Assembly: GCA_049976845.1 (NCBI GenBank)
Contig: JBMFHL010000003.1
Coordinates: 1-39,347 of the forward strand
Source of the DNA: Candidatus Micrarchaeia archaeon
GTDB lineage: Archaea; Micrarchaeota; Micrarchaeia; Micrarchaeales; CABMGC01
Reading direction: 5' to 3'
DNA length: 39,347 bases
Shown: one piece after another, positions 26,571-37,130 of the stretch
Layout: each line of letters starts with the position of its first letter
Position numbering within the stretch: position 1 is the stretch's first letter
Made by a program: the position numbers and the translations under genes
Notes under the pieces: generated by a model
Databases searched by the model: none
Told to the model about the DNA's origin: nothing
The model's input: only the letters and a program-made list of their open reading frames with translations

Positions 26571-27665
26571 TCAATATTTGGCTAGGAACGCCACCTCAAC
26601 AATTATCTCAAGCACTATAAGAACAATGACTATGAATTCTAGTATGTCGCTTCTCTTGGCCTCTATAATCTCGTGCACAGAAATCCTCCTGTTTGATATT
26701 GTCGCCGAATCTCCTATAACAGCATTCCTCAAGTCATATAGCCTGAAAGCGCCTGCAAACATGTTGTATATCCTTGAAAGATACCATTCGCCCATGCTGA
26801 ATACAGTATTGTCTATTCTATTCAGGGTTTCCATCAAATCATCTGAGAATTCGGCAAGCGTGTGGTTAAGCCTCTCAGCCTTGCTGCTCATCATCCTTTC
26901 AAAGAAGCCCATCCTGTCAAGCTGGGCAACGGCTTCGCTAGTGTTCCTAAGCAATACTGATGCTTTTTCTTTGTATATCCTTAGCTCAAGCAATTGTATA
27001 TTTGCTATTTCAGCAACAAGCAGCTCGTAGTCGAAGCTTTTGAGCTTGTCTATGAGCACAGCACCCTCCCAGCCTACGAAGAACGCATCGTCGCTGTTGT
27101 ATGAGATGCCTTTTGAAAGGACATAATTAAGATATTCTGCATCAAGCTCATGCGCCGCAGGCTCGTCTATAAGCAGTCCTGCGACAAGGCTCTTGCTGCT
27201 CTTCATCACCTGGGCCTTTGTTGAGTTTATGAAGTAGAAGCTGTACATCTCGTTCATATTGGAGCTCTTTATGCTAATCTGCTTAGCCAATGCTACCTCT
27301 ATTTTCTTATGAGCTTTCTCAGCTATCTGCTCTAACGCCATTGCAGTCTCTTTGCCAAATGCAAGCTTTGATAGAACAGATTCGTCAACATTCTCCAGAG
27401 GAATCCTTGCCCTTATTGAAAATGCACCTATCGCATATATTGCCGCCTGAACCCTTACTTTAAAGCTCTTTCCCTCTATGCTTATCTCGCTGCCGCTCAG
27501 GTTGAAGACCTGCGGCAAAGTGAATGTAGGCAATTCCTCAGGCATTGGCGTATTGTACTCGTATTTTGAGAAATCCTCAGGATTCTTCATAAGGTCCTTT
27601 ACCTGGTCATAGCTGAGCTTGGATCCGATATCATATATGTACAAGTTTATGAATTCGCCGTCCAT
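26571..27665 (-). CDS. Hypothetical protein, RMD1/DUF155-like, with C-terminal TM
   Basis: EIANIQLLELRIY, EWYLSRIY, RSDILEFIVIVLIVLEI; ATG 27665 preferred over the track start. Confidence 0.55.
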   Translation of the reverse strand: MDGEFINLYIYDIGSKLSYDQVKDLMKNPEDFSKYEYNTPMPEELPTFTLPQVFNLSGSEISIEGKSFKVRVQAAIYAIGAFSIRARIPLENVDESVLSKLAFGKETAMALEQIAEKAHKKIEVALAKQISIKSSNMNEMYSFYFINSTKAQVMKSSKSLVAGLLIDEPAAHELDAEYLNYVLSKGISYNSDDAFFVGWEGAVLIDKLKSFDYELLVAEIANIQLLELRIYKEKASVLLRNTSEAVAQLDRMGFFERMMSSKAERLNHTLAEFSDDLMETLNRIDNTVFSMGEWYLSRIYNMFAGAFRLYDLRNAVIGDSATISNRRISVHEIIEAKRSDILEFIVIVLIVLEIIVEVAFLAKY

Positions 27666-27848
27666 GCAAAAACCCTCAAAGAGCAGAAGCAATACTGATT
27701 GGAAGGCAAAATATAATAGGCTTGCCTATGCCGCTTATGCAAGCAATTTGTGCTTCTATGCCCTGCGCAGAAAAGGCGCAAAATACCCAAAAATCAAATT
27801 ATAAAGATATTAATAAAAACATTCCAATGTATATGTTAAGCGGTAAAA

Positions 27849-29861
27849 ATGACAAGGCCCTTTATAATACTTTCCATTCTAATGCTCGCCTTCGCAAGCT
27901 CTGCATTTGCATCGCAGGCAGTAGTTACCGCAGGCCTAAGCGTAATATGCCCTGGCGCCGTTCTGCTCAATGCAAATGCCAGCTACATGAAATATGTGAA
28001 CATGAGCCTTAGCTACACATTATATTCGACGACAAACTGCAAGGTGCCAAGCATAAACGGCACCCTGAGCATAATATACAAAAACAACGGCACCATCGCC
28101 TTCTCAAAAAACATAACAGCATATAACATGAGCCAGATTTCACAGTCAAATACGATAAGCATGAAAACATCAAATATGCCCAATACAACGTACTACGCGA
28201 AAATATCTTTTGAGGAGCCAAATTATGCAATAAGCAACAGGTCAAGCGTCTTTGACATATTGAATCCGGCCAACATAACAATAACCAATCTTAAAGCGTC
28301 TCCAAGCGCAGCGCTGAGAGGCTCCCCTATAGTGCTAAGCATGAACCTGTCTAATGTTGGGCAATTGACATCTGGCAAGATAAAAACAGCAATAAAGATA
28401 TTAGGGCCACAGTCAAGCGAAATAATATATAACGCAAGCCCGTTATCCCATGGCCAGAGCGAATCGATAACATTGCCGCTTTTAAATTATACCAAAATCG
28501 GTACCTACAATGTATATGCAGTTGCATCTTATAATACCACATCCTCTAAAGCGGTTCTGCAAAGCATTTCAAACAACGCTACAACTAGCTTCTCAATATA
28601 TTCCACAACGCCTTCGCCATCGCCAGCTCCAACTCCGACGCCGCTGCCAAAGCAGGTAACCAAGCCAATATCAACCACGCCTAGCCTCGGCATAACAACT
28701 GCTCCTCTTGTAACTTCTGGCATGCAGGGTTCAATGCAGCTATCGCAGCTCGGCCTCGATAACACGGCAAATTCAACCGAAATTGTGAACATATCAGTGC
28801 CTAAGCAGTATGCCAGCATGCTGAGCTTCTCCGCAAACAGCGTATCAATAAAGCCCAATACAAGCATAAGCGTGCAGCTGGCATTTTACCCTAATTCCAC
28901 GGCTCAGCCAGGCACATATACTATACCAGTTTCACTAGCAGCAAGCATAGGAAACAAAACAACTACCGTGACAGAATACACGCTGTTTACAGTATACAGC
29001 AAGTCTAGCAGCGAGATAACGGACCAGGTCCTTCTTGCCAATAACACAAACACTGCCAATGGGGTTGTAAAGATATCAAACCCTGGCAATTCAACAATGC
29101 TGAACGTGCATGTCGAGACGATGGTGCCGCTGCTTGTGGCCAAAAACATTTCAGACATAATCGCCTACGGATTGGAAAACAACATAACAATCTCCAAAGG
29201 CTACTACATCATAAACTGGTACATACCGTATATAAAGGCAGGGCAAAGCACATATGCCTATTACACAGTTGCCAAGCCGCAGAACCAGGTCCTGCTTGCG
29301 AACATACAGAACATAATGGAGGTGCCTGCTCCGGTGAAGCCTTCCAGCATCCTCAAGATAATAGACATAAACTTGCCGACATTCTACTCCAACAGCACCA
29401 ATGCAATATCCGTCGAGGAGCTTTATACAGGCACAGCAATGCAGCAGGTGACTGTGCAGCTATTAACCCCTCCGGGCATAACGGTGAATCCTGAATTCGT
29501 AGTGGTCAATGCGACGCCTAATCAGGCGCTTGTACAGAAATTCTTCATAACAATGCAGCAAGGATTTACTGGGACAGAAATGTTCAATCTGTACATAAAC
29601 ACGAAGGGTTTTAACGCAACATATTCTTTGCCTGTGGTAGTGCTGCAACAGCCTGCAACAACCTCGACAACCACAATTCAGCAGCAGCCGAAGCCAAGCC
29701 CTGCAGTGCCTTATGCCACTGTAGCAATAACGTTTTTAATAATTTTCATACTATTATCAATATTATTGCTGTTTAAAATTGGCAGAAAGCCAAGGTACAG
29801 CGCAGAGAGAATGTTAGAGCTTAAGCAAATGCGCGAAGCCATAAAAAGATCTGAAGACTGA
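27849..29861 (+). CDS. Secreted, C-terminally anchored multi-Ig/CARDB-like surface protein
   Basis: Signal peptide, NLSNVGQ...LSHGQSESI...GTYNV (CARDB-like), Pro/Thr linkers, C-terminal TM plus basic tail. Confidence 0.75.
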   Translation: MTRPFIILSILMLAFASSAFASQAVVTAGLSVICPGAVLLNANASYMKYVNMSLSYTLYSTTNCKVPSINGTLSIIYKNNGTIAFSKNITAYNMSQISQSNTISMKTSNMPNTTYYAKISFEEPNYAISNRSSVFDILNPANITITNLKASPSAALRGSPIVLSMNLSNVGQLTSGKIKTAIKILGPQSSEIIYNASPLSHGQSESITLPLLNYTKIGTYNVYAVASYNTTSSKAVLQSISNNATTSFSIYSTTPSPSPAPTPTPLPKQVTKPISTTPSLGITTAPLVTSGMQGSMQLSQLGLDNTANSTEIVNISVPKQYASMLSFSANSVSIKPNTSISVQLAFYPNSTAQPGTYTIPVSLAASIGNKTTTVTEYTLFTVYSKSSSEITDQVLLANNTNTANGVVKISNPGNSTMLNVHVETMVPLLVAKNISDIIAYGLENNITISKGYYIINWYIPYIKAGQSTYAYYTVAKPQNQVLLANIQNIMEVPAPVKPSSILKIIDINLPTFYSNSTNAISVEELYTGTAMQQVTVQLLTPPGITVNPEFVVVNATPNQALVQKFFITMQQGFTGTEMFNLYINTKGFNATYSLPVVVLQQPATTSTTTIQQQPKPSPAVPYATVAITFLIIFILLSILLLFKIGRKPRYSAERMLELKQMREAIKRSED

Positions 29862-29865
29862 TTGC

Positions 29866-30639
29866 ATGCCCCTATACAAAATACGCATATCCTCGCAAAA
29901 AGGCGGCGTGGGCAAGACTACTGTTGCCGTTAACCTTGCTGTTGCATTGCAGCTCAAGGGGTACAGGACGCTGCTGCTCGATGCCGACACTACTAATCCC
30001 AGCGTTGGCTTCCACTTGGGCATGGAGGGCGCGAATGTAGGATTGAAGGAGCTTATGAAGAAAGAGCGCCTGCTCAAGGACGTTATATCTATACACGGCC
30101 CTACAGGATTGCATACAATCTGCGGCACAATAAATTCGAAGCCTTTCGCAATGAATGAAAGCAATTCAAAGGTAATTTATGAAAAGATAAAGAATACTAA
30201 CTACAGCTTTTTAATAGTAGATACGGAGCCAGGCTACACAACAGATTACGTGGCGCAGATATACGACGAAGCGTTGCTGATAACAACACCAGAAACCCCT
30301 GCAGTTGCAAGCATAGTCAGACTGAGCCACAGCTTCGACCAGATACATCTGAAACACCATATGCTGATAAACAAGATGGGCAGGCACAGATACGAGCTGC
30401 ACCCAAGGGAGATAGAAGAGACCTATGGAGGCAAGGCAGTGGGCATTTTGCCGGAGGACGAAATAGTGCCTATAAGCATAAGCGAGCACATACCCGCATA
30501 CGTACTCTCCAAGAGGGCGAAGTTCAGCCAGTCTATTTCTGATCTTGCAGACTACTATTCAGCAATGTCTGAATTGGAGCCAGATGCAAGAGCATCAAGA
30601 GGATTTTGGCAGAGATTCCTAAGCTTTTTCAGGAGATAA
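29866..30639 (+). CDS. minD: MinD/ParA family ATPase with C-terminal amphipathic helix
   Basis: Deviant Walker A QKGGVGKTT, LLDAD, VDTEPG, LITTPE, INK, LPED; ends GFWQRFLSFFRR. Confidence 0.85.
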   Translation: MPLYKIRISSQKGGVGKTTVAVNLAVALQLKGYRTLLLDADTTNPSVGFHLGMEGANVGLKELMKKERLLKDVISIHGPTGLHTICGTINSKPFAMNESNSKVIYEKIKNTNYSFLIVDTEPGYTTDYVAQIYDEALLITTPETPAVASIVRLSHSFDQIHLKHHMLINKMGRHRYELHPREIEETYGGKAVGILPEDEIVPISISEHIPAYVLSKRAKFSQSISDLADYYSAMSELEPDARASRGFWQRFLSFFRR

Positions 30640-30742
30640 AAACAGCAAGCACTCAGAATGCACAGATAAAAAGCTTTATAGCTATAAATTTATAACTGTA
30701 AACGATATACGTATATTTATCCGGTCTGCCAGGGCTGATCCA

Positions 30743-33700
30743 GTGAAAGAAATGCAAACGCATATGTTGATATTCGCATTTATATTGATACCACTGCTAG
30801 CAACAGGCTTCATCGCATACCCACAAGCATTGGCAACGCTAAAAGCCATGGTGGGCAATGCGGTGCTGTCCTTGTATGCAGTAAGCATGCCCATATTCTC
30901 TATTCCTGCAAATACGCTTGCCTTTGCAAACTCTACCTCTTCAGGCACAGCCTCTGCAAATGCGCTCAGCTCAAACCCCATATATACTCTTTTGTTTGAT
31001 ACAACACCTAGCAATATAATTTTCAATGGCAATACATATGCGAACAACACCCAAGCAAGCATCGCACCGGGAAACTATCCTATCAATGCAATAATCCCAG
31101 AAAATCTTGTCTTTGCAAGCTGGTCTGTAACACCGAACGTTAGCGTGGCAAATTCAACATCGCCAAACACAATCGTTTCTGTGAGCGGCAATGCAATAAT
31201 AACCGCAAGCTTCAATGCTATAACAACATTTTCAGAAAACGGTCTGCCTGGAAATGTGGCATGGAGCGTTATATATAACGGAATTGAACAAAATGCGACT
31301 GCACCCAACAAAATATTGTTTTACACCACACCAGGAACATATGGCTTCTCAGTAAACTCTATTATATTAAGCAACAACACATATGTTTCAAACCCTGGGC
31401 GTGGCAACCTTTTAGCAGGCAATTCTGCAATTATAAGCTTTGTAAAGCAACAAGCAATTAATTCTTCATTATCAATACCTCAAAACCTTACATCTAATTC
31501 AACATACTTTAATTCATCTTTTGTAAATAATGTTACTTTATTAATAAACAGGAGCACAGATGTACAGAGCAACCTTATACAGAATCTTATAAGCGAATTC
31601 GAAAGCACAAAAAGCGCCATGCATAATTCCAAGAGAATGATAAATCCAACAATCGAAATAGGAAAAATAATGAATATATTTGGAAATTCAAGCAGATATT
31701 TTGGGGCTAACATAATAATAGTTTCGGGCAGATATAATTCAAATAGAATATATCTGCTAAACATCAGCATAAGATCAAACTTTTCAAATAACAAAGTATT
31801 ATCAAAAGTTAACCTGATAAGGGCAAACATAACATCTCCTATCCTATACAATCCGCGCTCACAGCTAAAGGGGATATCAATTACACCCCTAGCAAGTTTT
31901 AACAACGTCTCTACTTCTGTCGGAATATTAAATAGTATACCAAGTAATTATCCAAAATTCAACTTGCCATTTTACTCCTTATTCGAGATAAATAGCAGCG
32001 TAAATGATTCATTTGTTAAAAATGCAATATACAATTTCTCAGTAAATAGCTCCTGGATAATGAGCCATGGGATAAGCCCTAACCAGGTAACTTTGTACAA
32101 GTATATATCATCAACCTCATCATGGGTTCCTTTGCCTACAACACTTGTCGGAAGCAATGCAAGCTCGTATTTCTACAACGCTTATTCAAATTCATTATCT
32201 AGTTACCTTGTCTCTTTCTCTACTAATGGTATATCTGGTAATGCAAATCCAGAATCAGTCACGCTTCCAACAGGGTATAAGTTGTATATTTGTGCTGGAG
32301 GCGCAAATTATACATTCGCAACTTCCTCTCCCACTGTTTCTTGGACAATAGACATCAATGCACCACCAGGCGCATCGATATTGGGCTCTGCCAATGCTTC
32401 TATAGGGCATCAAACAAGCAACATATGCACAGCATACACTACAGGTGCTACTTATCCTGGGCTTGCTATTGCTGGAATGGGCTTAAACCAAACCAGATAC
32501 AAATTGTACACAAACGCTGTCGGATCTTCAACAAGCGCTTCTCTCTCATATACTGTTGCAACATCAAATTCCTTCGTGGTATTGGCAGGTGCGGCAGGCT
32601 ACTTCAATTTTACGACCATAACACTGCCTTCTGGCTGTCAAATGCAGGTTAGGAAAAATAATATAGATACTTTTGAAACTGCTTTTATTGCTACCTGTCA
32701 AAATGCAGCTGCTAGCACTACGTCATATACGCTATCTGCAAACTTAAGCTCTTCTGGTAGCGCAGCATTAGCAGCATATGTATTTTCTCCTTATAATGTT
32801 GTGTTCCAAAATATACCGAATACAGGGAAAATATTAGTAAATAATACAGTAGTAACAACAAGGTCAACAATACCCATAATAGGGAGCGGCAACATAATAG
32901 CTATTCCATCTAATGGTTTTGTCTTTAACTACTGGCAAGCTAGCAACGGCAACCTAACTATAGGCAACATATATTCAAACAATACAACTCTTACTGTTAA
33001 TGGAGATGGTTCAATAACAGCATACTACACAAAAGTCTTGGCACCGCAAAATGGCAAATATACTTTCAGTATGAATCAAAACTCCTCTATATACTCATTT
33101 ATACTAAAAAATAACATACCTATACAGAAGGTATCTGTGAATCTTAAAAAAAGCCTTCCATTTCAGGTAAATGCAATATTGCAAAATTCAAATGCCCCAC
33201 CTAGTGGTATAGGTTCTCCGGTTACAAAAGTCTTTAATTATACTATAATAAATGAGAGTTGGGTTGGTCTTGATGCAAATATCTCTAATGTTACATATTA
33301 TGTAGCAGTGCCTGTGTCGTGGGTTTCAAATAGTGGGCAAAGCGATGGCAATATAAAATTATATAAATATGTGGGAAGTTCATGGATAACGTTGCCTACC
33401 ACATACACCGGCACAAACGGAACAGATTACTTCTACACTGCCGTTTCAAACTCCCTTTCAACATATGCTGTCGGCTTTTCAGTAAATGGTACTACTTCAA
33501 CAGCCTCTTCGGCATCTCTTACTTTGCCCGCAGGTTATGCAAACTACTTTTATGCTCTCGGCATCGTACCGTATATTAAAAATGCTTACCCCCCAGTACC
33601 TTCAACAAACTATATTAATGATTCTACTGCAACTTACTCTTCTAGATCTGCACCAAGTGATTATACAAACTTGGCGTCAATCGGGCATTCCACATCAAAT

Positions 33701-35530
33701 ACTGGATCATATAGCACAACAGGCACTGTTTCCGGAGCCTCTCTTGTTGGCGTAGGTGCAAATGTTTTGGTGCAAAACGGTGCTGTTTTCAGTGCTAATA
33801 CCGGCACCTCTTCTGCAACATCCCTTTCACTTTCATACAGCGTCGCAACGAGCAATAGTTTTGCAATAATAATGTTTTCTTCTGCATGGTATAATTTTAC
33901 AAATGCGCCGACAGCATCTGGTTGCGTTTTGCAGAAACATCTATCTTATACTAATTTTGTAAGTGCAGCTGAATTGACATGTAATTCTGTTGCTGCAGGC
34001 AGTTATACTGCAAATGTTTTAACTTCCGGGAGCGCTGCCATATCTGCTGCAGCATACGTATTCCCGCCTTATAATGTTATTCTTTATGACAATCCCACAA
34101 CAGCAACAATAACAACTAATGGCGCTACTTATTCAAATGGTCAGGTTATGCAGGTAATAGGCACAAATGCCATTACAGCAAATCCACCAACAACAGGCAA
34201 CTGGGTCTTCAATTCATGGAGCGTAAGCAACTCCATCAATCTTAGTATAAGCAGCTCTACTGCAAATCCAGCCACGCTCACTGTAATGGGCAATGGCATT
34301 GTTACTTCAACCTGGAATGGTATTACAAAGTTCTTCGAAACCGGCCTGCCAACCGGGGCAAAATGGAATGTAACATATGATGGCATACTAAACAGCAGCA
34401 CGACAAACATGGTTTTATTTTCAACCCTTCCCGGCACCTATTCATTTTCGGTGCCTGTCCAGAAAATAAACGGCAAGGCATACGAGCCTTCGCCATCTTC
34501 AGGGAGCATATACTCAGGCAATGCGATAACAATTAATTTTGTGCCATTCAGCGCAAGCATATCGCCTCCAAGCAATGCGGTTGCTGATGCAGGCCAATAC
34601 GAAACATTCACAGTTACAGTCTACAATGGCACTTCATCATATACATATAACGTACTTGTTGCAAATGCTGTAACCCCAGGTACTATAATGCATAATGATC
34701 TTGTTAGTGGCTCAACTGCTAAAACACTAACATATACCTTCCAGACAACTAGCAGCGATGCCAGCAATTCGCCAGAGAAGGCAAATGCGATATTGACAGA
34801 CTCGTTTCCTGCAACTGTAAACACAACTTACTCATCAAATTTCATAATAAATCAAGCTATGACAACGCCAAGCATCTCTCCTACAAGCCCAGCAACCTAC
34901 TCCTCAGGCCAGACAGTTGATTTCTCAACCTCATTTACTGGAGGTTCGCCGCCATATACATACAACTGGCTTGTCGTAAACTCTATTACAGGCGCGCTTA
35001 TTGCAAACGCATTGTATACAGGCGTTAGCGCAACAAGCAATACCTTTGCATGGACAATACCAAGCTCAGCTACTGGCAATACTGTCGTTGCTAATGTCAT
35101 TGTTACAGACAACGCGAGCACGCCTGTAACTGTAAATTCTGTAGAAAGCGGTGTTATAACAATCTCGTCTGTAACATGCACTATATCCCTCAGCACAACT
35201 TCCATAAATTTCGGTTCGATAAGCCCCTCCACGAGCATAGCAACGAATAACGCAATAGCAGATTCCAATACGGGCAATGCAAACGCCTACATTTTTGTAT
35301 ATGGGGGCACCTGGATTGGTCCAACGCAGTTCGGGGTAAGCAATACAACATGGTCAAAAGCATCTGGCACCTTGTTCTCATCGGCAAATAAGCTCTCTTC
35401 TACAGCAGCTAACACAACAATCCTTGTCCCAGCAAGCTCAAGCAACAGCATTTACTTTGGCCTCGGCGTGCCTGGAGGAGCCCCACCTGGGTCCTACTCG
35501 CAGAACATAATAATAGAGAACAGCTGCTGA
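30743..35530 (+). CDS. 1595-aa modular cell-surface protein (two PGF-pre-PGF-like domains, InlB-B-like and ExGLP beta repeats, Cys-bracketed C-terminal domain)
   Basis: N-terminal hydrophobic signal; duplicated FSVNSSWI..VTLYKY..WVPLPTT..NSLSSY / VAVPVSWV..IKLYKY..WITLPTT..NSLSTY; FSENGLPGNVAWSV and FFETGLPTGAKWNV; ends YSQNIIIENSC. Confidence 0.85.
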   Translation: MKEMQTHMLIFAFILIPLLATGFIAYPQALATLKAMVGNAVLSLYAVSMPIFSIPANTLAFANSTSSGTASANALSSNPIYTLLFDTTPSNIIFNGNTYANNTQASIAPGNYPINAIIPENLVFASWSVTPNVSVANSTSPNTIVSVSGNAIITASFNAITTFSENGLPGNVAWSVIYNGIEQNATAPNKILFYTTPGTYGFSVNSIILSNNTYVSNPGRGNLLAGNSAIISFVKQQAINSSLSIPQNLTSNSTYFNSSFVNNVTLLINRSTDVQSNLIQNLISEFESTKSAMHNSKRMINPTIEIGKIMNIFGNSSRYFGANIIIVSGRYNSNRIYLLNISIRSNFSNNKVLSKVNLIRANITSPILYNPRSQLKGISITPLASFNNVSTSVGILNSIPSNYPKFNLPFYSLFEINSSVNDSFVKNAIYNFSVNSSWIMSHGISPNQVTLYKYISSTSSWVPLPTTLVGSNASSYFYNAYSNSLSSYLVSFSTNGISGNANPESVTLPTGYKLYICAGGANYTFATSSPTVSWTIDINAPPGASILGSANASIGHQTSNICTAYTTGATYPGLAIAGMGLNQTRYKLYTNAVGSSTSASLSYTVATSNSFVVLAGAAGYFNFTTITLPSGCQMQVRKNNIDTFETAFIATCQNAAASTTSYTLSANLSSSGSAALAAYVFSPYNVVFQNIPNTGKILVNNTVVTTRSTIPIIGSGNIIAIPSNGFVFNYWQASNGNLTIGNIYSNNTTLTVNGDGSITAYYTKVLAPQNGKYTFSMNQNSSIYSFILKNNIPIQKVSVNLKKSLPFQVNAILQNSNAPPSGIGSPVTKVFNYTIINESWVGLDANISNVTYYVAVPVSWVSNSGQSDGNIKLYKYVGSSWITLPTTYTGTNGTDYFYTAVSNSLSTYAVGFSVNGTTSTASSASLTLPAGYANYFYALGIVPYIKNAYPPVPSTNYINDSTATYSSRSAPSDYTNLASIGHSTSNTGSYSTTGTVSGASLVGVGANVLVQNGAVFSANTGTSSATSLSLSYSVATSNSFAIIMFSSAWYNFTNAPTASGCVLQKHLSYTNFVSAAELTCNSVAAGSYTANVLTSGSAAISAAAYVFPPYNVILYDNPTTATITTNGATYSNGQVMQVIGTNAITANPPTTGNWVFNSWSVSNSINLSISSSTANPATLTVMGNGIVTSTWNGITKFFETGLPTGAKWNVTYDGILNSSTTNMVLFSTLPGTYSFSVPVQKINGKAYEPSPSSGSIYSGNAITINFVPFSASISPPSNAVADAGQYETFTVTVYNGTSSYTYNVLVANAVTPGTIMHNDLVSGSTAKTLTYTFQTTSSDASNSPEKANAILTDSFPATVNTTYSSNFIINQAMTTPSISPTSPATYSSGQTVDFSTSFTGGSPPYTYNWLVVNSITGALIANALYTGVSATSNTFAWTIPSSATGNTVVANVIVTDNASTPVTVNSVESGVITISSVTCTISLSTTSINFGSISPSTSIATNNAIADSNTGNANAYIFVYGGTWIGPTQFGVSNTTWSKASGTLFSSANKLSSTAANTTILVPASSSNSIYFGLGVPGGAPPGSYSQNIIIENSC

Positions 35531-35549
35531 TTCAGCGCTCTTTTTGCTG

Positions 35550-36326
35550 CTAAATCAGTCCAGCATTTTTGAAGTATTCTATGACTGCACTTTTGGCTTT
35601 TGCATAGCTTACAAATGCATCTTTTTGAAGCAGGCGAAGCAGCTCTTTGTCCCATATGCTTCCTATTTCTTCAACTCTCTTTGAAAACCGCTCTTCTGTG
35701 AAAACGTGGCCCCATTCTTTCATTTTAACGTCTACAAGACCCAGCCTAAGCTCTGTGCCTTTGCTTGCCATAAAGTATATGTCATAAAGGTCTCTTGCCT
35801 TGATATTGCGCCTATAAAGCAGCGCCACCACCTTTTCCGCCAGAATTTCGCTTTCGCTCATGACCAAAGCGAGGTATGGATGCAAGTCCTTATAAACCGG
35901 ATTTCTCCTGGCAACGTTTACCGGCTCCACCACGGACTCTTTTTTGCCTATCTCTATCTTTAGGTGTTGATATTTGCTGGTCGTGATAAACAAAGGTCCT
36001 CTTATGCTCAGCTCGTATTTTAGCATCTTGTTTGTATCTATTTTCCTTAGAAGTTTTGCAGGAACCTCGTTATGCAATTCATCAAGCATCTTGTCTATTT
36101 TGCTCTCCATTGCTTCCATTTCATTCCGCGCCTTCGACGCAAAGTCAAGGTCGTCAGAAAACCTTGGAGAATCGTAAAACTTGGAAAGAGCAGTGCCGCC
36201 TTTGAACACCAGGCTGTTACAGCACCCAAACAGCCTTTCCAAGAAAAGCTCTTCTATGTAATCCTTTTCCTGCTGATACGGCTGTTTATATGCTCCTGTC
36301 TTCAAAAGTTCGTCAGCGTCTAGCAC
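35550..36326 (-). CDS. AbiEii/AbiGii-family nucleotidyltransferase toxin (type IV TA)
   Basis: EKDY, VFKGGTAL, RFSDDLDF, EKVVALLYR..KARDLYD. Confidence 0.92.
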   Translation of the reverse strand: MLDADELLKTGAYKQPYQQEKDYIEELFLERLFGCCNSLVFKGGTALSKFYDSPRFSDDLDFASKARNEMEAMESKIDKMLDELHNEVPAKLLRKIDTNKMLKYELSIRGPLFITTSKYQHLKIEIGKKESVVEPVNVARRNPVYKDLHPYLALVMSESEILAEKVVALLYRRNIKARDLYDIYFMASKGTELRLGLVDVKMKEWGHVFTEERFSKRVEEIGSIWDKELLRLLQKDAFVSYAKAKSAVIEYFKNAGLI

Positions 36327-36969
36327 TTTTACACCCTATCGCTTGTTGCAGAGCCAGCAACTTGTCTGCATATGTATAGTATCTGTGTTCCTTAAGCAGC
36401 TTTGCGACTCCCAGCAATACGCGCTTATTTTTGCTTGTCTCGGCGTATCTTGCCAGCTTTGCTATGTCTAGCCTTGGCGGTCTCTCGAGTGCGTCTTCGT
36501 CAAGGTCGTTGGCATCGGCAAAATAGTATATGTCAACTACTGCTTTTTCGGGGTCTGCCATGAACACGTTGCCGTTTGCCTCTTTATGGTAGCCAAACAT
36601 CATGGCCTGCTTTACGTGCTTGAAGATTATGTCATAGCCTTCGATCCCTTTGATAGGCTTGTGCCTCTTTGTAGAAACGACATAGATGAAACGTGGTATC
36701 TGGGTAGTTAGACCGTAGTACGCGAGCGCAGATACCATGCTAACATATGAAGGTTTTAGTACGCTTGAGGCAATTTCATACTCGTTCGCCTTTGACTTTA
36801 TGTAGTAAAGGCCTCGCTCCGCTCTTCCGATTACATTTTTCTCAATTGCCCTTTGCAGGAAAAGGCTTGTGTACTTCTTTCCAGAGCCAATGATTTTTGT
36901 TGCATCGTTTAACGTAAATACCGTAATGTTCCTGCTAGCCAGAAACTTGATAAATTCTTTGGTCTGCAT
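36313..36969 (-). CDS. AbiEi-family antitoxin/transcriptional regulator (type IV TA)
   Basis: MQTKEF start at 36969; RAERGLY, PSYVSMVSALAYYGLTTQIP, ADPEKAVVD; overlaps the toxin start. Confidence 0.9.
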   Translation of the reverse strand: MQTKEFIKFLASRNITVFTLNDATKIIGSGKKYTSLFLQRAIEKNVIGRAERGLYYIKSKANEYEIASSVLKPSYVSMVSALAYYGLTTQIPRFIYVVSTKRHKPIKGIEGYDIIFKHVKQAMMFGYHKEANGNVFMADPEKAVVDIYYFADANDLDEDALERPPRLDIAKLARYAETSKNKRVLLGVAKLLKEHRYYTYADKLLALQQAIGCKSARR

Positions 36970-37130
36970 ATCCTCTTTTAATACGAAGCAAACATATATA
37001 TGTGTTTCGCTATATATCAAAGGATAGATATCATTACATCTATATCCACAATATTCTTTTGGTCTCAAACTATTTAACACGTTGCTTTGCTGTTTATACA
37101 TTGAACTTCAATGCTGTTTGCATCCTATAT

